64,000 nt of DNA from an uncultured delta proteobacterium (GCA_963803435.1 CAWDML010000005.1:128001-192000), one strand, 5' to 3'. Numbered from the stretch's first letter, positions 42,667 to 52,682 are shown. The notes: a model not told the origin generated them from the sequence alone. Translations and numbers: made by a program.

Positions 42667-43278
42667 TCATGCGTCGAGCTGATCCCGGGTCACGCCGGCG
42701 TCCGCCAGGCGGCGCGAGAGCTTGTGGCGCGCCAGACGAAAGCGACTCTTGAGCGCCGGCTCCGGGACACCGGTGCGCTCCGCGATCTCCCGGTACGTCA
42801 GACCTTGATCGATCTTGAGGGAGACGACCTCCCGCTGTTCGGGGGGAAGGTCCGCGATCGCTTCGGCGATGATCGCGAGGCAGCGATGATCGCGAGTCTC
42901 GGGATCGATCGGGATCTCCACCGAGGACGACTCCGGTCGCTCGCGGCGCGTGCTGGCGCGCCGGATCAGGTCGAGGCACTTGCGGGTGGCGATGGTGGTG
43001 AACCACGCACGCACGCACTGGGGCCCCGGTTGAGGACGCCACTGATCGCGCCGCTCGAACGCGGTCACGAACGTGTCGTGGGCGAGATCGATCGCCGGGG
43101 CCCGCCCGTCGAGGATGCGGCGGCAGACCCGGAGCACCGCCTCGTGGTGGCGGCGGTACAGCTCGGCGAACGCGCCCTGATCGCCGGTCTGAAAGCGGAG
43201 CATCCAGAAGGTGTCGTCGTCGGCCGCCGGGGCGACGAGTGTGGCCGGAAGGTGCGAGGTCGAGGTCTCGAGGTGCAT
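42667..43278 (-). CDS. ECF RNA polymerase sigma factor
   Basis: GDQGAFAELYRRH, DLAHDTF, WFTTIATRKCLD, LPPEQREVVSL..GLTYREIAERTGVP. Confidence 0.92.
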   Translation of the reverse strand: MHLETSTSHLPATLVAPAADDDTFWMLRFQTGDQGAFAELYRRHHEAVLRVCRRILDGRAPAIDLAHDTFVTAFERRDQWRPQPGPQCVRAWFTTIATRKCLDLIRRASTRRERPESSSVEIPIDPETRDHRCLAIIAEAIADLPPEQREVVSLKIDQGLTYREIAERTGVPEPALKSRFRLARHKLSRRLADAGVTRDQLDA

Positions 43279-43326
43279 TCAGGCCAAGGACGGCCCTGGG
43301 CGCCGGCCCTGACACACCGCGCTCGC

Positions 43327-45492
43327 CTACATCGGCTCGGGGTCGGGGATGCTCTTTCGCGGCGGCGGCGGCGCAGGCGGGGGTGGAGGCTCGATCTCGA
43401 GCACGCCGGAGTCGGGGAGCGTGATCTCGACCGCGCCCGCGTCCGCAGGGCCGGCCGCCTGCGAGTGCTTCTTCCGCCAGAAGAACCCCAGCGCGCCCAG
43501 CACCATCACCAGCAGCACGATCGCGAACCACCACCCGGCCCGGCTCGGCGGCGGAGGCAGGAAGATCGGCACTGTGATCTCCCGCTTGGACTCGGGCGCC
43601 GACTGGAGCCCGACCACCTCGCTCTCGCCGGCCTCCGCGTCGCCGAGCAGCGCGCGCAGCTGATCCCGCACTCGCGAGGCGGTGGCCGGACGATCATTGG
43701 CGCTCGACCGGAGCAGGGACTCAATGACCGAAGCGAGGCCCTCGGGCACGTTCGGGTCGTGATCCCGCAAGGTGTACGGCACGTTCTTCACCACGCGCGC
43801 GTCGAGGATCTCGGCGTAGTTCGCGCCGGAGCGCGGCACTGCGCCCGTGATCAGCTCGGCGAGGATCAGGCCGAGCGCGTACAGATCCGAGCGGCCGTCG
43901 AGCGGGCGGTTGCTGAGCTGCTCCGGCGACATGTACAGCGGAGTGCCCATGATGATCCCAGCCTGCGTCAGCTTCGTGCTCTGGTCGGGCGACTCCGAAC
44001 GCGCGATCCCAAAGTCCAGGATGACAGCCGATCCGTCCTTCCGGATCATCACGTTCTCGGGCTTCAGATCCCGGTGGATGATCGACAGGCCGTGCGCGGC
44101 CGCCAGCCCGTCGCAGATCTGCTCGGCCCAGCGCGTGAACGCGAGGTAGTCCACCTCGACGCCGGTCTTCAGCATCTCTGCCAGCGTCGTCCCCTCGATC
44201 AGCTCCATCATCAGGCCGCGCGAGCCGTCGCCCAGATCGACGATGTCGTAGATCCGGCACACGTGGTCGCTGGCGATCCGCCGGGCCAGACGAACCTCGC
44301 GGCGCAGCCGTTCGATCGACTGCATCTCGATGGAGCTGCCCTTGGGGATGATCTTGAGCGCGACCGTCTCGTCGAGCTCGCGATCGTGCACGCGATAGAC
44401 CTCGCCCATTCCGCCCGAGCCGAGCCTCCCCAAGATCTGGAAGCGACGATTCTCGAGCCCGCCACCGTCGCGAACGGCGTCGAAGAACTCGTCCTGGGCG
44501 GCGCGCAGCACCTCGCTCGGCGGATCCGACTCGACCGTACTGCGACCCGCCGCCTCGCCACCCGACGCCTCCGAGAGGGCGAAGGTCCGGGCCTTCTTCG
44601 ACTCGCCCGTGGCCCGCGAGAACTGCTCGAGGAGATCGACGACGGCGTCGACGCCGGCGTCCGGGAGCTCCTGCATCGCGCGGTCGAGCGCGGCCATGAC
44701 CGCGCGCGCATCGGCGTAGCGCGCCTCGGGGGCGCGGGCCAGGAGCTGCCGCGCGATCGCCTGGAGCGAGGCCGGACACCCGGCGGGCAGCGACGGGATC
44801 TCCGCGGTTCGGACCGCGGCCAGCGTCTCCAGATCCGTCTCACGCTGGAACAGCGGTCGCGCCGCCAGCATCTCCCAGAGGATCGTTCCCAGCACGAAGA
44901 GGTCGCTCTTCGCGCCGACAGCGCCGCTGGTCGCGAGCTCCGGGCTCAGGTACGCGGCCGACCCGCCCTGGCTCCGGCCCACCGTCTCGATCACGCTCTG
45001 CCGCGAGTCCGCGGTGCCCAGCTCGGAGATCAGCACGCGACCGTCCCGCGCCAGAAGGACGCACGCAGGTGAGAGCTCGCGCGCGAGGAGCGGTGGGTCG
45101 AGGTGGTGGATGTAGTCGAGCGCCGCGGCGATCGCCCGGGCGATCCGCGCCGAGACGCCGGGCGGCGGCCAGATCCCGGTGGTGCGGGCGGATTCGAGCA
45201 GGCGATCGAGGAACAAGCCCTCGTGGTACGGCCAGATCCAGTAGCGATGGCCCGAATCGACGCCGCCGGCCAGGAGCGGGAGGACATTCTCGTGGGAGAG
45301 CGCCCGTGCGACGGGGAGCCGGGCCTCGATCAGCTGCTGGGTGGCGGCCTCGGCGGCAGGACGCACCGGCATCAGATCGACGACCACCTGGTCGCCCTCC
45401 GGCGAGCGACCCCACCACAGCTCGGCGGCTCCGCGCTGACCGAGACGCTCGATCAACGAGTGGCCGGCCAGCGTCTCCCCCGGTGCGACCAC
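43327..45492 (-). CDS. Membrane Ser/Thr kinase with tandem pseudokinase + kinase domains
   Basis: Domain 2 has LGSGGMGEVY, VALK, HRDLKPEN, DFG, GTPLYMSPEQ; domain 1 is degenerate; TM near the C-terminus. Confidence 0.92.
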   Translation of the reverse strand: MVAPGETLAGHSLIERLGQRGAAELWWGRSPEGDQVVVDLMPVRPAAEAATQQLIEARLPVARALSHENVLPLLAGGVDSGHRYWIWPYHEGLFLDRLLESARTTGIWPPPGVSARIARAIAAALDYIHHLDPPLLARELSPACVLLARDGRVLISELGTADSRQSVIETVGRSQGGSAAYLSPELATSGAVGAKSDLFVLGTILWEMLAARPLFQRETDLETLAAVRTAEIPSLPAGCPASLQAIARQLLARAPEARYADARAVMAALDRAMQELPDAGVDAVVDLLEQFSRATGESKKARTFALSEASGGEAAGRSTVESDPPSEVLRAAQDEFFDAVRDGGGLENRRFQILGRLGSGGMGEVYRVHDRELDETVALKIIPKGSSIEMQSIERLRREVRLARRIASDHVCRIYDIVDLGDGSRGLMMELIEGTTLAEMLKTGVEVDYLAFTRWAEQICDGLAAAHGLSIIHRDLKPENVMIRKDGSAVILDFGIARSESPDQSTKLTQAGIIMGTPLYMSPEQLSNRPLDGRSDLYALGLILAELITGAVPRSGANYAEILDARVVKNVPYTLRDHDPNVPEGLASVIESLLRSSANDRPATASRVRDQLRALLGDAEAGESEVVGLQSAPESKREITVPIFLPPPPSRAGWWFAIVLLVMVLGALGFFWRKKHSQAAGPADAGAVEITLPDSGVLEIEPPPPPAPPPPRKSIPDPEPM

Positions 45493-45530
45493 CGCGGAAA
45501 GCCTAGCAGAAGTCCCGGCCGGTTGAAGCC

Positions 45531-46616
45531 CTACTCGACGCCGGACAGGGCGTGGAACTCTTCGTAGCGGTCCGGATTGTCTCCGGCGAGAAAGAGGTAG
45601 AGCGAGACCCCGCCGCTGACGAGGGCGCCGGCGAGGAGCGACAGATAGAGGGCCTGGTTGGTGCCGAAGCGATCGTCCGCCGCGATCGCGTCGTTGCGCA
45701 GATCCATCATCAGCGCCTGCTGCTCGCTGTTGAGCGCCGCGTAGCTGTTGACCGTGTTCAGGTCCTTGGTGGCGCGCGCGTAGAAGATGCCCGACGCGAC
45801 CGCAGCGCCCACCGCCAGGATGCCGGTGGTATAAGCGCCGTAGCGCCAGGCCCGCGCGCTCGACTCATAGCCCTCGATCGTGTCCTTCGCCGGGATCAGC
45901 TTCACGTCCTCGACGCGTACCCGGCTCTGCCGCACGAAGACGTCCGCGGTGGTGGAGTAGAAGCCGTCGCGCGTGACCTTGAGGACGTGCGGTCCGGCGG
46001 CCAGCGCGATCACCTGGTCGACGCCCTCCTTGCGGCGCTCCCCGTCCACCACGATCTGGGCGTCGCCGATGTTGACGGCCACCTTGAGGTAGCCCTGTCG
46101 AGCCTCGAGCACCGGCTGGAGCAGCACGATGATCGCGTGTCTCGCGGCCTCCATCAGCGCCGAGGGATCGTCGGTCTCCGCCTCGTGGCGCTTGAGCGCG
46201 CGGCCCTCGACCGCATCGATCAACACCAGGTTGAGGGTCAGCTTGCGGCCGACCTGCGCGACGGTGCCCCCAACCAGGTGTCGCGCCTTCACCAGCTTCG
46301 CCACCTGGACGTAGCAGGCCTCATCTACGCAGCCGCCGAGGACCTCCTTGCGCTTCTCGTAGGCCAGCAACGACTGGATCTGTCGCGGTGAGACCGTCTC
46401 GAACACGCCGGTCTCGTCGGCGGACGTGGCGATCGTCTCGGTGACCCCGGCGGCGTACTCCTCCGGGACGCCCGCGGCCGCCAGCGACATCACCGCCAGC
46501 CGGGTCTTGCTGGTGGGCGCGTCGATCGCGCGCGTGACGTCGTCGTCCGCGACCTTCGTGTTCACCGACTCGGGTTGGGTCGCCCACAGCGCGAGGGCCA
46601 GCATGGCCGCATTCAC
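45531..46616 (-). CDS. Exported PEGA-domain protein
   Basis: Signal peptide; GCVDEAC..ARHLVGGTV; GYLKVAVNIGDAQIVVDG..LAAGPHVLKVTRDGF; C-terminal hydrophobic helices. Confidence 0.82.
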   Translation of the reverse strand: MNAAMLALALWATQPESVNTKVADDDVTRAIDAPTSKTRLAVMSLAAAGVPEEYAAGVTETIATSADETGVFETVSPRQIQSLLAYEKRKEVLGGCVDEACYVQVAKLVKARHLVGGTVAQVGRKLTLNLVLIDAVEGRALKRHEAETDDPSALMEAARHAIIVLLQPVLEARQGYLKVAVNIGDAQIVVDGERRKEGVDQVIALAAGPHVLKVTRDGFYSTTADVFVRQSRVRVEDVKLIPAKDTIEGYESSARAWRYGAYTTGILAVGAAVASGIFYARATKDLNTVNSYAALNSEQQALMMDLRNDAIAADDRFGTNQALYLSLLAGALVSGGVSLYLFLAGDNPDRYEEFHALSGVE

Positions 46617-47815
46617 TTCTGCGCCTCCTTCTGGGCGGTGGTGTCGACGGTGCGGGGGGAGACCTGGTTCCGCTCGCCGAGCTTCTCCGGGAGCATCGTC
46701 CCGAGATCGGCGATCAGCTTCTCCGCGGTGGCGAGGCTGTCGGTCGGCGTCTCCACGATCTTTTGCACGCGGAGGATCGGCTCGCCGGTGGCCACGTCGA
46801 TCACGCGGATCACCAGCGCCGAGTCACCCTTCCGGCCCAGAAGCTCGGGCTCGATGATGACGTCGGCCCCGATCTTCTTGGCCTGTGCCAGCGCCGCCTT
46901 TCGCGAGAGGACTCCGCGCTGGTACGAGGCGCGCGCGTAGGCGAGCGTGGCCAGCTGCGTGGCGACGTATTTGCCGAGCTCGGTGGCGCGGCGGGCGTCG
47001 CGCTTGGGGAGCTTCGGCTCCAGCACCAGCGCGTGGACGTTGACCGTGCGCGACTTGTCGTAGCGCGCGACAATCCGCGTGTTCGCGACCTCGTCCACAG
47101 CCAGCGCCAGCGACTTGTTCTCCGAGATGATGTCCGCGATGTTGGGGCCGACCATGGAGTCGGCCTTGCTGCCGCCGAGCACGAGCTTCCCCAGGCCCTT
47201 CGCGAAGTAGATCTCCTTCACCGGCGCCCCGGCGAGCGCCTTCTCGAGACCTTCGCGCAGCGAGGTGAGCGCCTCGCGGTTCGGGAGGTCCTGCACCACC
47301 AGCACCACCGAGCCCGCCGACTGCCCAACCTTGTTGAGCGCGGTGGTGAGGCCGCGATCCGCGAACAGGATCTGGAGCGCCTGCGCGAGCCCGCGGGTCT
47401 GGAGCGCGGGGCCCCCGACGCCGACGCCGACGCCCTCGGCCTGCATCGTGGAGGTGGCCTGGCCGGTCCCGAGATCAATCAGGCGCAGGGTCACCGACAC
47501 GCTCTGACTCTTGACGCCCTCCACCTCGACCGGCTCACCGTAGGCGGCGGCGCCGGCCAGGACGGCGTCGGCCTCGAAGACGGAGAGGCCGTCGGTGGGG
47601 AGTCGGCTGCCGAGGAGCTCCTTCGGTGCCACCACGCTGCGCATCTTCTGGGACGCCTCCGCGGCGACGACCTCGTATCCCCGATCCTGGAGCGCGCGCT
47701 CGATGGCCGCGCTGGCGGGGGTCCCGGGCGCCGGATCGTCGAGCAGCACGGCGATCCGCGTGGCGGGCGCGACGCCGGCGACCAAGCTGAGGAGGGTGGC
47801 AGCGGAACCGAACAT
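46613..47815 (-). CDS. Exported hypothetical protein (CsgG/FlgT-like alpha/beta repeats)
   Basis: Signal-like N-terminus; repeated motifs TLRLIDLGTGQ and VIRVIDVATGE; overlaps the PEGA gene start. Confidence 0.7.
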   Translation of the reverse strand: MFGSAATLLSLVAGVAPATRIAVLLDDPAPGTPASAAIERALQDRGYEVVAAEASQKMRSVVAPKELLGSRLPTDGLSVFEADAVLAGAAAYGEPVEVEGVKSQSVSVTLRLIDLGTGQATSTMQAEGVGVGVGGPALQTRGLAQALQILFADRGLTTALNKVGQSAGSVVLVVQDLPNREALTSLREGLEKALAGAPVKEIYFAKGLGKLVLGGSKADSMVGPNIADIISENKSLALAVDEVANTRIVARYDKSRTVNVHALVLEPKLPKRDARRATELGKYVATQLATLAYARASYQRGVLSRKAALAQAKKIGADVIIEPELLGRKGDSALVIRVIDVATGEPILRVQKIVETPTDSLATAEKLIADLGTMLPEKLGERNQVSPRTVDTTAQKEAQK

Positions 47816-48005
47816 GATCACCTCGTTGCGGACGATACCCAACAGGGCGTGCCTGCACCACGAGCGCCGCCTGCGAGCCCCATACCACCCTTGCACGGGT
47901 GCGAGATCTGCGACGGGGATCGTTCGGTGGCGCGCGGCCCGCACGGGCCGATGTGACAGGTGACGAAAGAACGGTTGGGACGGTAGTGTCCCGCGGGGCG
48001 CTCGG

Positions 48006-49352
48006 GTGGCGAGGACGGAGCGGATCGAAGAGCCGAGGCTCGACCACGGCCAGCGGCTGGAGACCTGGTTGGTCCGGATCGGCTGCGCCGCCGACCCGAT
48101 GATGCCGCCCGCCCTCGTCCCCCTCACCGGGCGGACGCGCCTCCGCCTGGGACGGCTCGACGAGGCCCCCCTCGGCCAGCCCGATCTGCTCGAGGTGGTC
48201 GACCGCTGGATGTCCGGCGAGCACGCCGAGCTCAGCGCGACCGATGTGGGCTGGGAGCTGCGCGACCTCGGCTCGCGCAACGGCACGCGGGTCTGGGGCC
48301 AGCAGCGGTCCGTATCGCTCCTGTCCGACGGCGACATCCTCGAGACCGGCTCCACGTTCTGGCTCTTCCGCGCCATGCTGGTCGCCGACGGTGAGCTGCC
48401 TACCTCCGTACCAGCGCCCGACATGCTGGGCTCGCTCCACCCGCCCTTCGCCCGTGTGCTGCGGGAGCTCAGCAAGATCGCGCGCAAGGAGGTGGTGGTG
48501 TTGCTGGTGGGCCCCACCGGTACCGGCAAGGAGGTGCTGGCCAAGGCCATCCACGGGCTGAGCGGACGGGACGGTCCGTTCGTGGCCGTCAACACCGGTG
48601 CGGTCCAGCCGAACCTGGTCGCCTCCGAGCTCTTCGGCGTGGAGAAGGGCGCGCACTCGATGGCGGAGCAATCGCGCGCCGGTCTGATCCGGGCGGCCGA
48701 GCGCGGGACCCTGCTGCTCGACGAGGTCGGCGACATGCCGCTCGACGTGCAAGTCAGCTTGCTCCGCGTGATCCAGGAGTCCGAGGTCCGCCCCGTCGGC
48801 GGAGACCTGGCGCTCCCGGTCGACGTCCGGTTCGTCTGCGCCACCCATCGCGACCTGCACGAGCTCGTCGACAGCGGCGTGTTCCGCGCCGATCTCTACG
48901 CCCGCATCAAGGGCACCGAGCTCGAGATCCCGCCCCTCGAGGACCGCGCCGAGGACATCGGGATGCTGATCGCCGCGTTCCTCCGCCGCTACGGCGGCGC
49001 CGACCTCACCTTTCAACCGGCGGCCTACCGCGCCCTCACCGTCTACAACTGGCCGCTCAACGTGCGCGAGCTGGAGAAGGCGATCGAGGGCGCGATCGCG
49101 CTGTGCTCGAGCGGGCGAATCGAGCTCGACCACCTCCCCCGCGAGGTGCGCTCCTACGTGCCCGAGTCATCGAAGTCGGACCGCGACCCCGCGGACGACG
49201 GCCTCCGCGAGCGGGAGATCGTTCGGCTGCTCACCGCGCACCGCGGGAACGTGAGCGCGGTGGCGCGCTCGATGGGCTACTCGCGGATGCAGGTGCACCG
49301 CTGGCTGAAGCAGCTCGGGATCGATCCCGGCGCGTATCGAGGGAACGCTTAG
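48006..49352 (+). CDS. FHA-domain sigma54-type enhancer-binding protein
   Basis: FHA GR..MSGEHA..DLGSRNGT; GPTGTGKE, LLDEVGD, RFVCATHRDL, FRADLY, WPLNVREL, Fis-like HTH. Confidence 0.92.
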   Translation: MARTERIEEPRLDHGQRLETWLVRIGCAADPMMPPALVPLTGRTRLRLGRLDEAPLGQPDLLEVVDRWMSGEHAELSATDVGWELRDLGSRNGTRVWGQQRSVSLLSDGDILETGSTFWLFRAMLVADGELPTSVPAPDMLGSLHPPFARVLRELSKIARKEVVVLLVGPTGTGKEVLAKAIHGLSGRDGPFVAVNTGAVQPNLVASELFGVEKGAHSMAEQSRAGLIRAAERGTLLLDEVGDMPLDVQVSLLRVIQESEVRPVGGDLALPVDVRFVCATHRDLHELVDSGVFRADLYARIKGTELEIPPLEDRAEDIGMLIAAFLRRYGGADLTFQPAAYRALTVYNWPLNVRELEKAIEGAIALCSSGRIELDHLPREVRSYVPESSKSDRDPADDGLREREIVRLLTAHRGNVSAVARSMGYSRMQVHRWLKQLGIDPGAYRGNA

Positions 49353-49456
49353 AACCGGTCCTAAACCCGTTCCGTCGCTATTCCGTGTTGCACTTGTTCT
49401 GGCATTGCTATTCGTCTTCAGAACCATTCACGCCCCTGTGGCGAGGTACGCGCCCG

Positions 49457-49807
49457 TCACCGCTTCTTTCGAAGCACGCCCTTCTTCACCTTCTCGGCGC
49501 CCTTGGTCTTGTCGCCTTGCTTGGTGAAGATGCCGGCCAGACAGTCCTTGCAACGGAACATGTCGACCTCGGTCCAGCGGGTGTCCTCGACCCGGCCGCA
49601 CTCCACGCAAGTCAACTTGCGCTTGGCCAGAATGCCGGCCTCGGCGTCCTCGACTCCGAGCAGCTGGGCGGCGCACTTGCGGCAGAGGGCGCGGGCGGGA
49701 TCCTTCGGGGCGAAGTGGATCGTGTCGTGCGCGCCGCAGCTCCGACAGACGATCGATCGCGCGACGCGCGTGCCGTGTTCGCTCCGGATTTTGCGGGGGT
49801 TGGCCAT
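49457..49807 (-). CDS. Small zinc-ribbon protein (4x CxxC)
   Basis: CRSCG..CRKC..CVECG..CKDC; divergent from lexA. Confidence 0.8.
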   Translation of the reverse strand: MANPRKIRSEHGTRVARSIVCRSCGAHDTIHFAPKDPARALCRKCAAQLLGVEDAEAGILAKRKLTCVECGRVEDTRWTEVDMFRCKDCLAGIFTKQGDKTKGAEKVKKGVLRKKR

Positions 49808-49860
49808 GCGGAGCGCCCAGCATACCACCTCGGATAAATACGCCGGCTCAAATGTTGCGT

Positions 49861-49877
49861 GGAGACAGGTGTTCAGC
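49861..49877 (+). promoter_or_regulatory. Candidate LexA (SOS) box, myxobacterial type
   Basis: GGAGACAGGTGTTCAGC, 18 bp upstream of the lexA ATG; 13/17 match to the M. xanthus CTRHAMRYBYGTTCAGS consensus, 3' half exact. Confidence 0.55.
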
Positions 49878-49895
49878 TATATTGCCGCCCGAACC

Positions 49896-50567
49896 ATGCA
49901 GGGCCTCACCAGTCGCCAGCGCCAGATCCTCGAATTCATCACCAAGCGGATCGAGGAACAGGGCTATCCGCCCACCATTCGGGAGATCGGGGAGGAGATG
50001 GGGATCCGGTCCACCAACGGCGTCAACGATCACCTGAAGGCACTCGAGCGCAAAGGATTCCTCAAACGCGAAGGGTTGAAGTCGAGGGCCCTCCGGCCCG
50101 TCGGTGCGCCGTCCGCGCCGCATCGCCGTCGTGCCGAGGTCGTCCCCGCGCTGATCCCCGAGACCGGAGAGACGATCGCGATCCCGGTGCTCGGCCGCGT
50201 CGCCGCCGGCACGCCGATCCTCGCCGACGAGCACGTCGAGACCACCGTCCACGTCGACAGCTTCTTCCTGGGCGCCAGCCGCGCCACCAAGGTGTTCGCG
50301 CTGCGCGTGACCGGCGACTCCATGATCGAGGCCGGCATCTACGACGGCGACTACATCTTCGTGCGCAAGCAGATCGAGGCGAACAAGGGCGACATCGTGG
50401 TCGCGATGATCGATGGCGAGGCCACCGTGAAGCGCTACGAGCCCGCCGGCGACACCATCCGTCTGGTCCCGGAGAACCGCACCATGCGTCCGATCGTGAT
50501 CCGGAAGAAGGACTTCCGCTCGACCCAGATCCTCGGGATCGTCTGCGGCGTCTACCGGAGGATGTAA
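49896..50567 (+). CDS. lexA: SOS repressor LexA
   Basis: [38 protein letters not shown]; GRVAAG cleavage site; GDSM; ATVK. Confidence 0.97.
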   Translation: MQGLTSRQRQILEFITKRIEEQGYPPTIREIGEEMGIRSTNGVNDHLKALERKGFLKREGLKSRALRPVGAPSAPHRRRAEVVPALIPETGETIAIPVLGRVAAGTPILADEHVETTVHVDSFFLGASRATKVFALRVTGDSMIEAGIYDGDYIFVRKQIEANKGDIVVAMIDGEATVKRYEPAGDTIRLVPENRTMRPIVIRKKDFRSTQILGIVCGVYRRM

Positions 50568-50568
50568 C

Positions 50569-52134
50569 TCAACGCACCTTGCGCGCGCGGGCGGTGCTCG
50601 GCGGCGACAGGATCCGGTTCGTGCTCTCGGCCGTGCGGAGCTCCCGCATGATCGGCTCTCTCCAGGAGAGGCCTGTGTCCTCGGGGGCCGTGTCGGCGTC
50701 CTTGAACGTGTAGCCGTCGCCGCCGGTGTACATGAAGTCGAGGATCGCCACCTTGTACGTGGTGCCGTCCTTGATCGGCTTGCCGACCTGATCGACCACC
50801 GAGATCACCTTCCGCGTCTTGCCGCTCTCGGCGTAGCTCCACGACAGGCCGCCCACGATCGGATCGTCGATGGCGAGCTCGGCCTTGAGCTGCTTCCCGG
50901 TCAGCTTCACCACATAGAGGTTGTTCTCGAACGGGAGCGCGCTCATCAGATCGCCCATGCTGATCATGCCCGACCCGATCGGCTGCCGCAGGGCGCCCAG
51001 GTTGAGCATGGCGAAGTCGGCCTGGCGGATCGTCCGCAGCCAGGCATCGACCACGAAGTTGCCGAGGGGCGACTGATCGAAGGTGCCGACCTGCAGCGGG
51101 TGATCGACGCGGCCCAGGTTCTCGTTGGTCAGCGAGAGCGCCTTCTGTCGGGCAGCCTCGGCGATGGCCACCAGCTCGGGCGCCGGCGGGTAGAGCGGCG
51201 CGCCCACCTCACCGGTCACGTCGACGATCTCGTGATCGACCTTCTGGACCTGATGGGTGGCCGGATCGAAGTGGACGTCGAAGCGGACGTAGCTGCGCCC
51301 GAAGGGGCCGGGGTTCACGATCGGCACGCCGTCGGTCTCGGCGGTGCCCTTGCGGTGGTTCTGTCCGGCGATGACGGCGGTGATGTGGAGATCGCCGACG
51401 TTGTGGATCACGCCTTCGACGACGCCAATCTCGTCGTGGAAGAGGACCACGATCAGCTCCGCCCCTTCGGCCCGCATCCTGGGGACGTATTTGCGGAGCG
51501 TCTCCTCGTAGGGCCGGAACTCGAGGCCCTCGACGTGCTTGGCCAGCGTGGTCTTGGGCGTGTCGATGTACGTGAGGCCGATGATCCCGACCTTCAGACC
51601 CATCCGCTCCACGATCGTGTACGGCCGGAGGAAGTCCGGGTGCTCGTCGGTCCCGGTCCGCACCACGTTCGCGCCGAGCAGCGGGAACTTGGCCTCGGCG
51701 GCGCGGGCTCGCAGGATCTCGGTGCCGAAGTCAAACTCGTGATTCGCGACGTTGGCGGCGGCCACGCCGAGCGCATTGTACGCCTGGATCACCGACTCTC
51801 CCCGGAGGAGCGTCGACTCGGTGGGGCCGGTCCACATGTCGCCGTTGTCGAGGATGAGCGAGTTCGTCGCGGTGAGCCCCTCCTTGTGGCGGAGCATGCC
51901 GGCGATGTTGGCGATGCCGCCGTAGTACCGGGGGAACTCGCGCGGCTCGAGCGGCAGGAGCCAGCCGTGAAAGTCGGAGAGGCCCACGATCTCGAGGATC
52001 GGCTCGACCGCCTTGGCCACGGTCGCGGTCAGGGTCTGGGACGGCGGCGGAGGCGGTGGCGGCGGCCCAGCTTTCTGCGGTCCACCGCAGGCGACGGCGG
52101 TGAGCGCGGCGAGAAGGAGCCAGGAGTTCTTCAT
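50569..52134 (-). CDS. 5'-nucleotidase / metallophosphoesterase lipoprotein
   Basis: Lipobox AVAC; SDFHG, DNGD, ANHEFDFG; C-terminal NLGALR..LPFEN..GGDGY. Confidence 0.92.
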   Translation of the reverse strand: MKNSWLLLAALTAVACGGPQKAGPPPPPPPPSQTLTATVAKAVEPILEIVGLSDFHGWLLPLEPREFPRYYGGIANIAGMLRHKEGLTATNSLILDNGDMWTGPTESTLLRGESVIQAYNALGVAAANVANHEFDFGTEILRARAAEAKFPLLGANVVRTGTDEHPDFLRPYTIVERMGLKVGIIGLTYIDTPKTTLAKHVEGLEFRPYEETLRKYVPRMRAEGAELIVVLFHDEIGVVEGVIHNVGDLHITAVIAGQNHRKGTAETDGVPIVNPGPFGRSYVRFDVHFDPATHQVQKVDHEIVDVTGEVGAPLYPPAPELVAIAEAARQKALSLTNENLGRVDHPLQVGTFDQSPLGNFVVDAWLRTIRQADFAMLNLGALRQPIGSGMISMGDLMSALPFENNLYVVKLTGKQLKAELAIDDPIVGGLSWSYAESGKTRKVISVVDQVGKPIKDGTTYKVAILDFMYTGGDGYTFKDADTAPEDTGLSWREPIMRELRTAESTNRILSPPSTARARKVR

Positions 52135-52682
52135 TTTCCACCACCTCTTTGGGCTGCGAGCTTCGCGACCGCGCTCGACCCGGCGACTCGGTCGGCGAGA
52201 TCGGACGCGAGCCCAGCGATGTTCGAGAACCAGACGTCGTCGATGCCGACCCGATCGATGCGCGCGCCCCCCGTGGAGGTGAGCGTCAGCGCGACGTCGC
52301 CGAAGAGCCCGCGCTCGCAGTCGTCGAGCGCGATCTCGAGGTCGAGCGCGACGACGGGCATCTGCGTCGCCTCGCCGGCGCCGACAGGGTCCTTGGGACC
52401 AATCAACACGAAACCCGACATTCCGAGCTCCCGCGCCAGGGCGCCGAGCGCCGCCTCGGCCCGCGCCCTCTCCTCCCGGCCGCAACCTGCACCCATCGCG
52501 GACACCGTGGCGGCCGCGGGGAGCCGGATGGGGACGGACGCGCGCAGGTCCGGCCGGACGGCGAACGCGGGATCGCTTCGGGCCGGCGTGCCCGCGCAGG
52601 CGGCGAGGGAGAGCGAGATCCCGACCCAAGCACCCGGGGAGGCAGACGGGCTTTGCCCGACGGATGCCCGCGAGCGCCACAT
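52131..52682 (-). CDS. Hypothetical lipoprotein
   Basis: Lipobox-like SLAAC; overlaps the nucleotidase start; start uncertain. Confidence 0.55.
   Translation of the reverse strand: MWRSRASVGQSPSASPGAWVGISLSLAACAGTPARSDPAFAVRPDLRASVPIRLPAAATVSAMGAGCGREERARAEAALGALARELGMSGFVLIGPKDPVGAGEATQMPVVALDLEIALDDCERGLFGDVALTLTSTGGARIDRVGIDDVWFSNIAGLASDLADRVAGSSAVAKLAAQRGGGK

Noticed and set aside
42460-45072. Very long antisense or alternative-frame ORFs (e.g. 870 aa here, 766 aa at 24924-27224, 668 aa at 8833-10839)
   Set aside because: Shadow ORFs expected at high GC opposite well-supported genes; no recognisable motifs
49353-49456. sigma54 promoter or sRNA in the relatively AT-rich gap
   Set aside because: TGGCATTGCTATTCG lacks the -12 GC and lies between convergent gene ends; no clear structure
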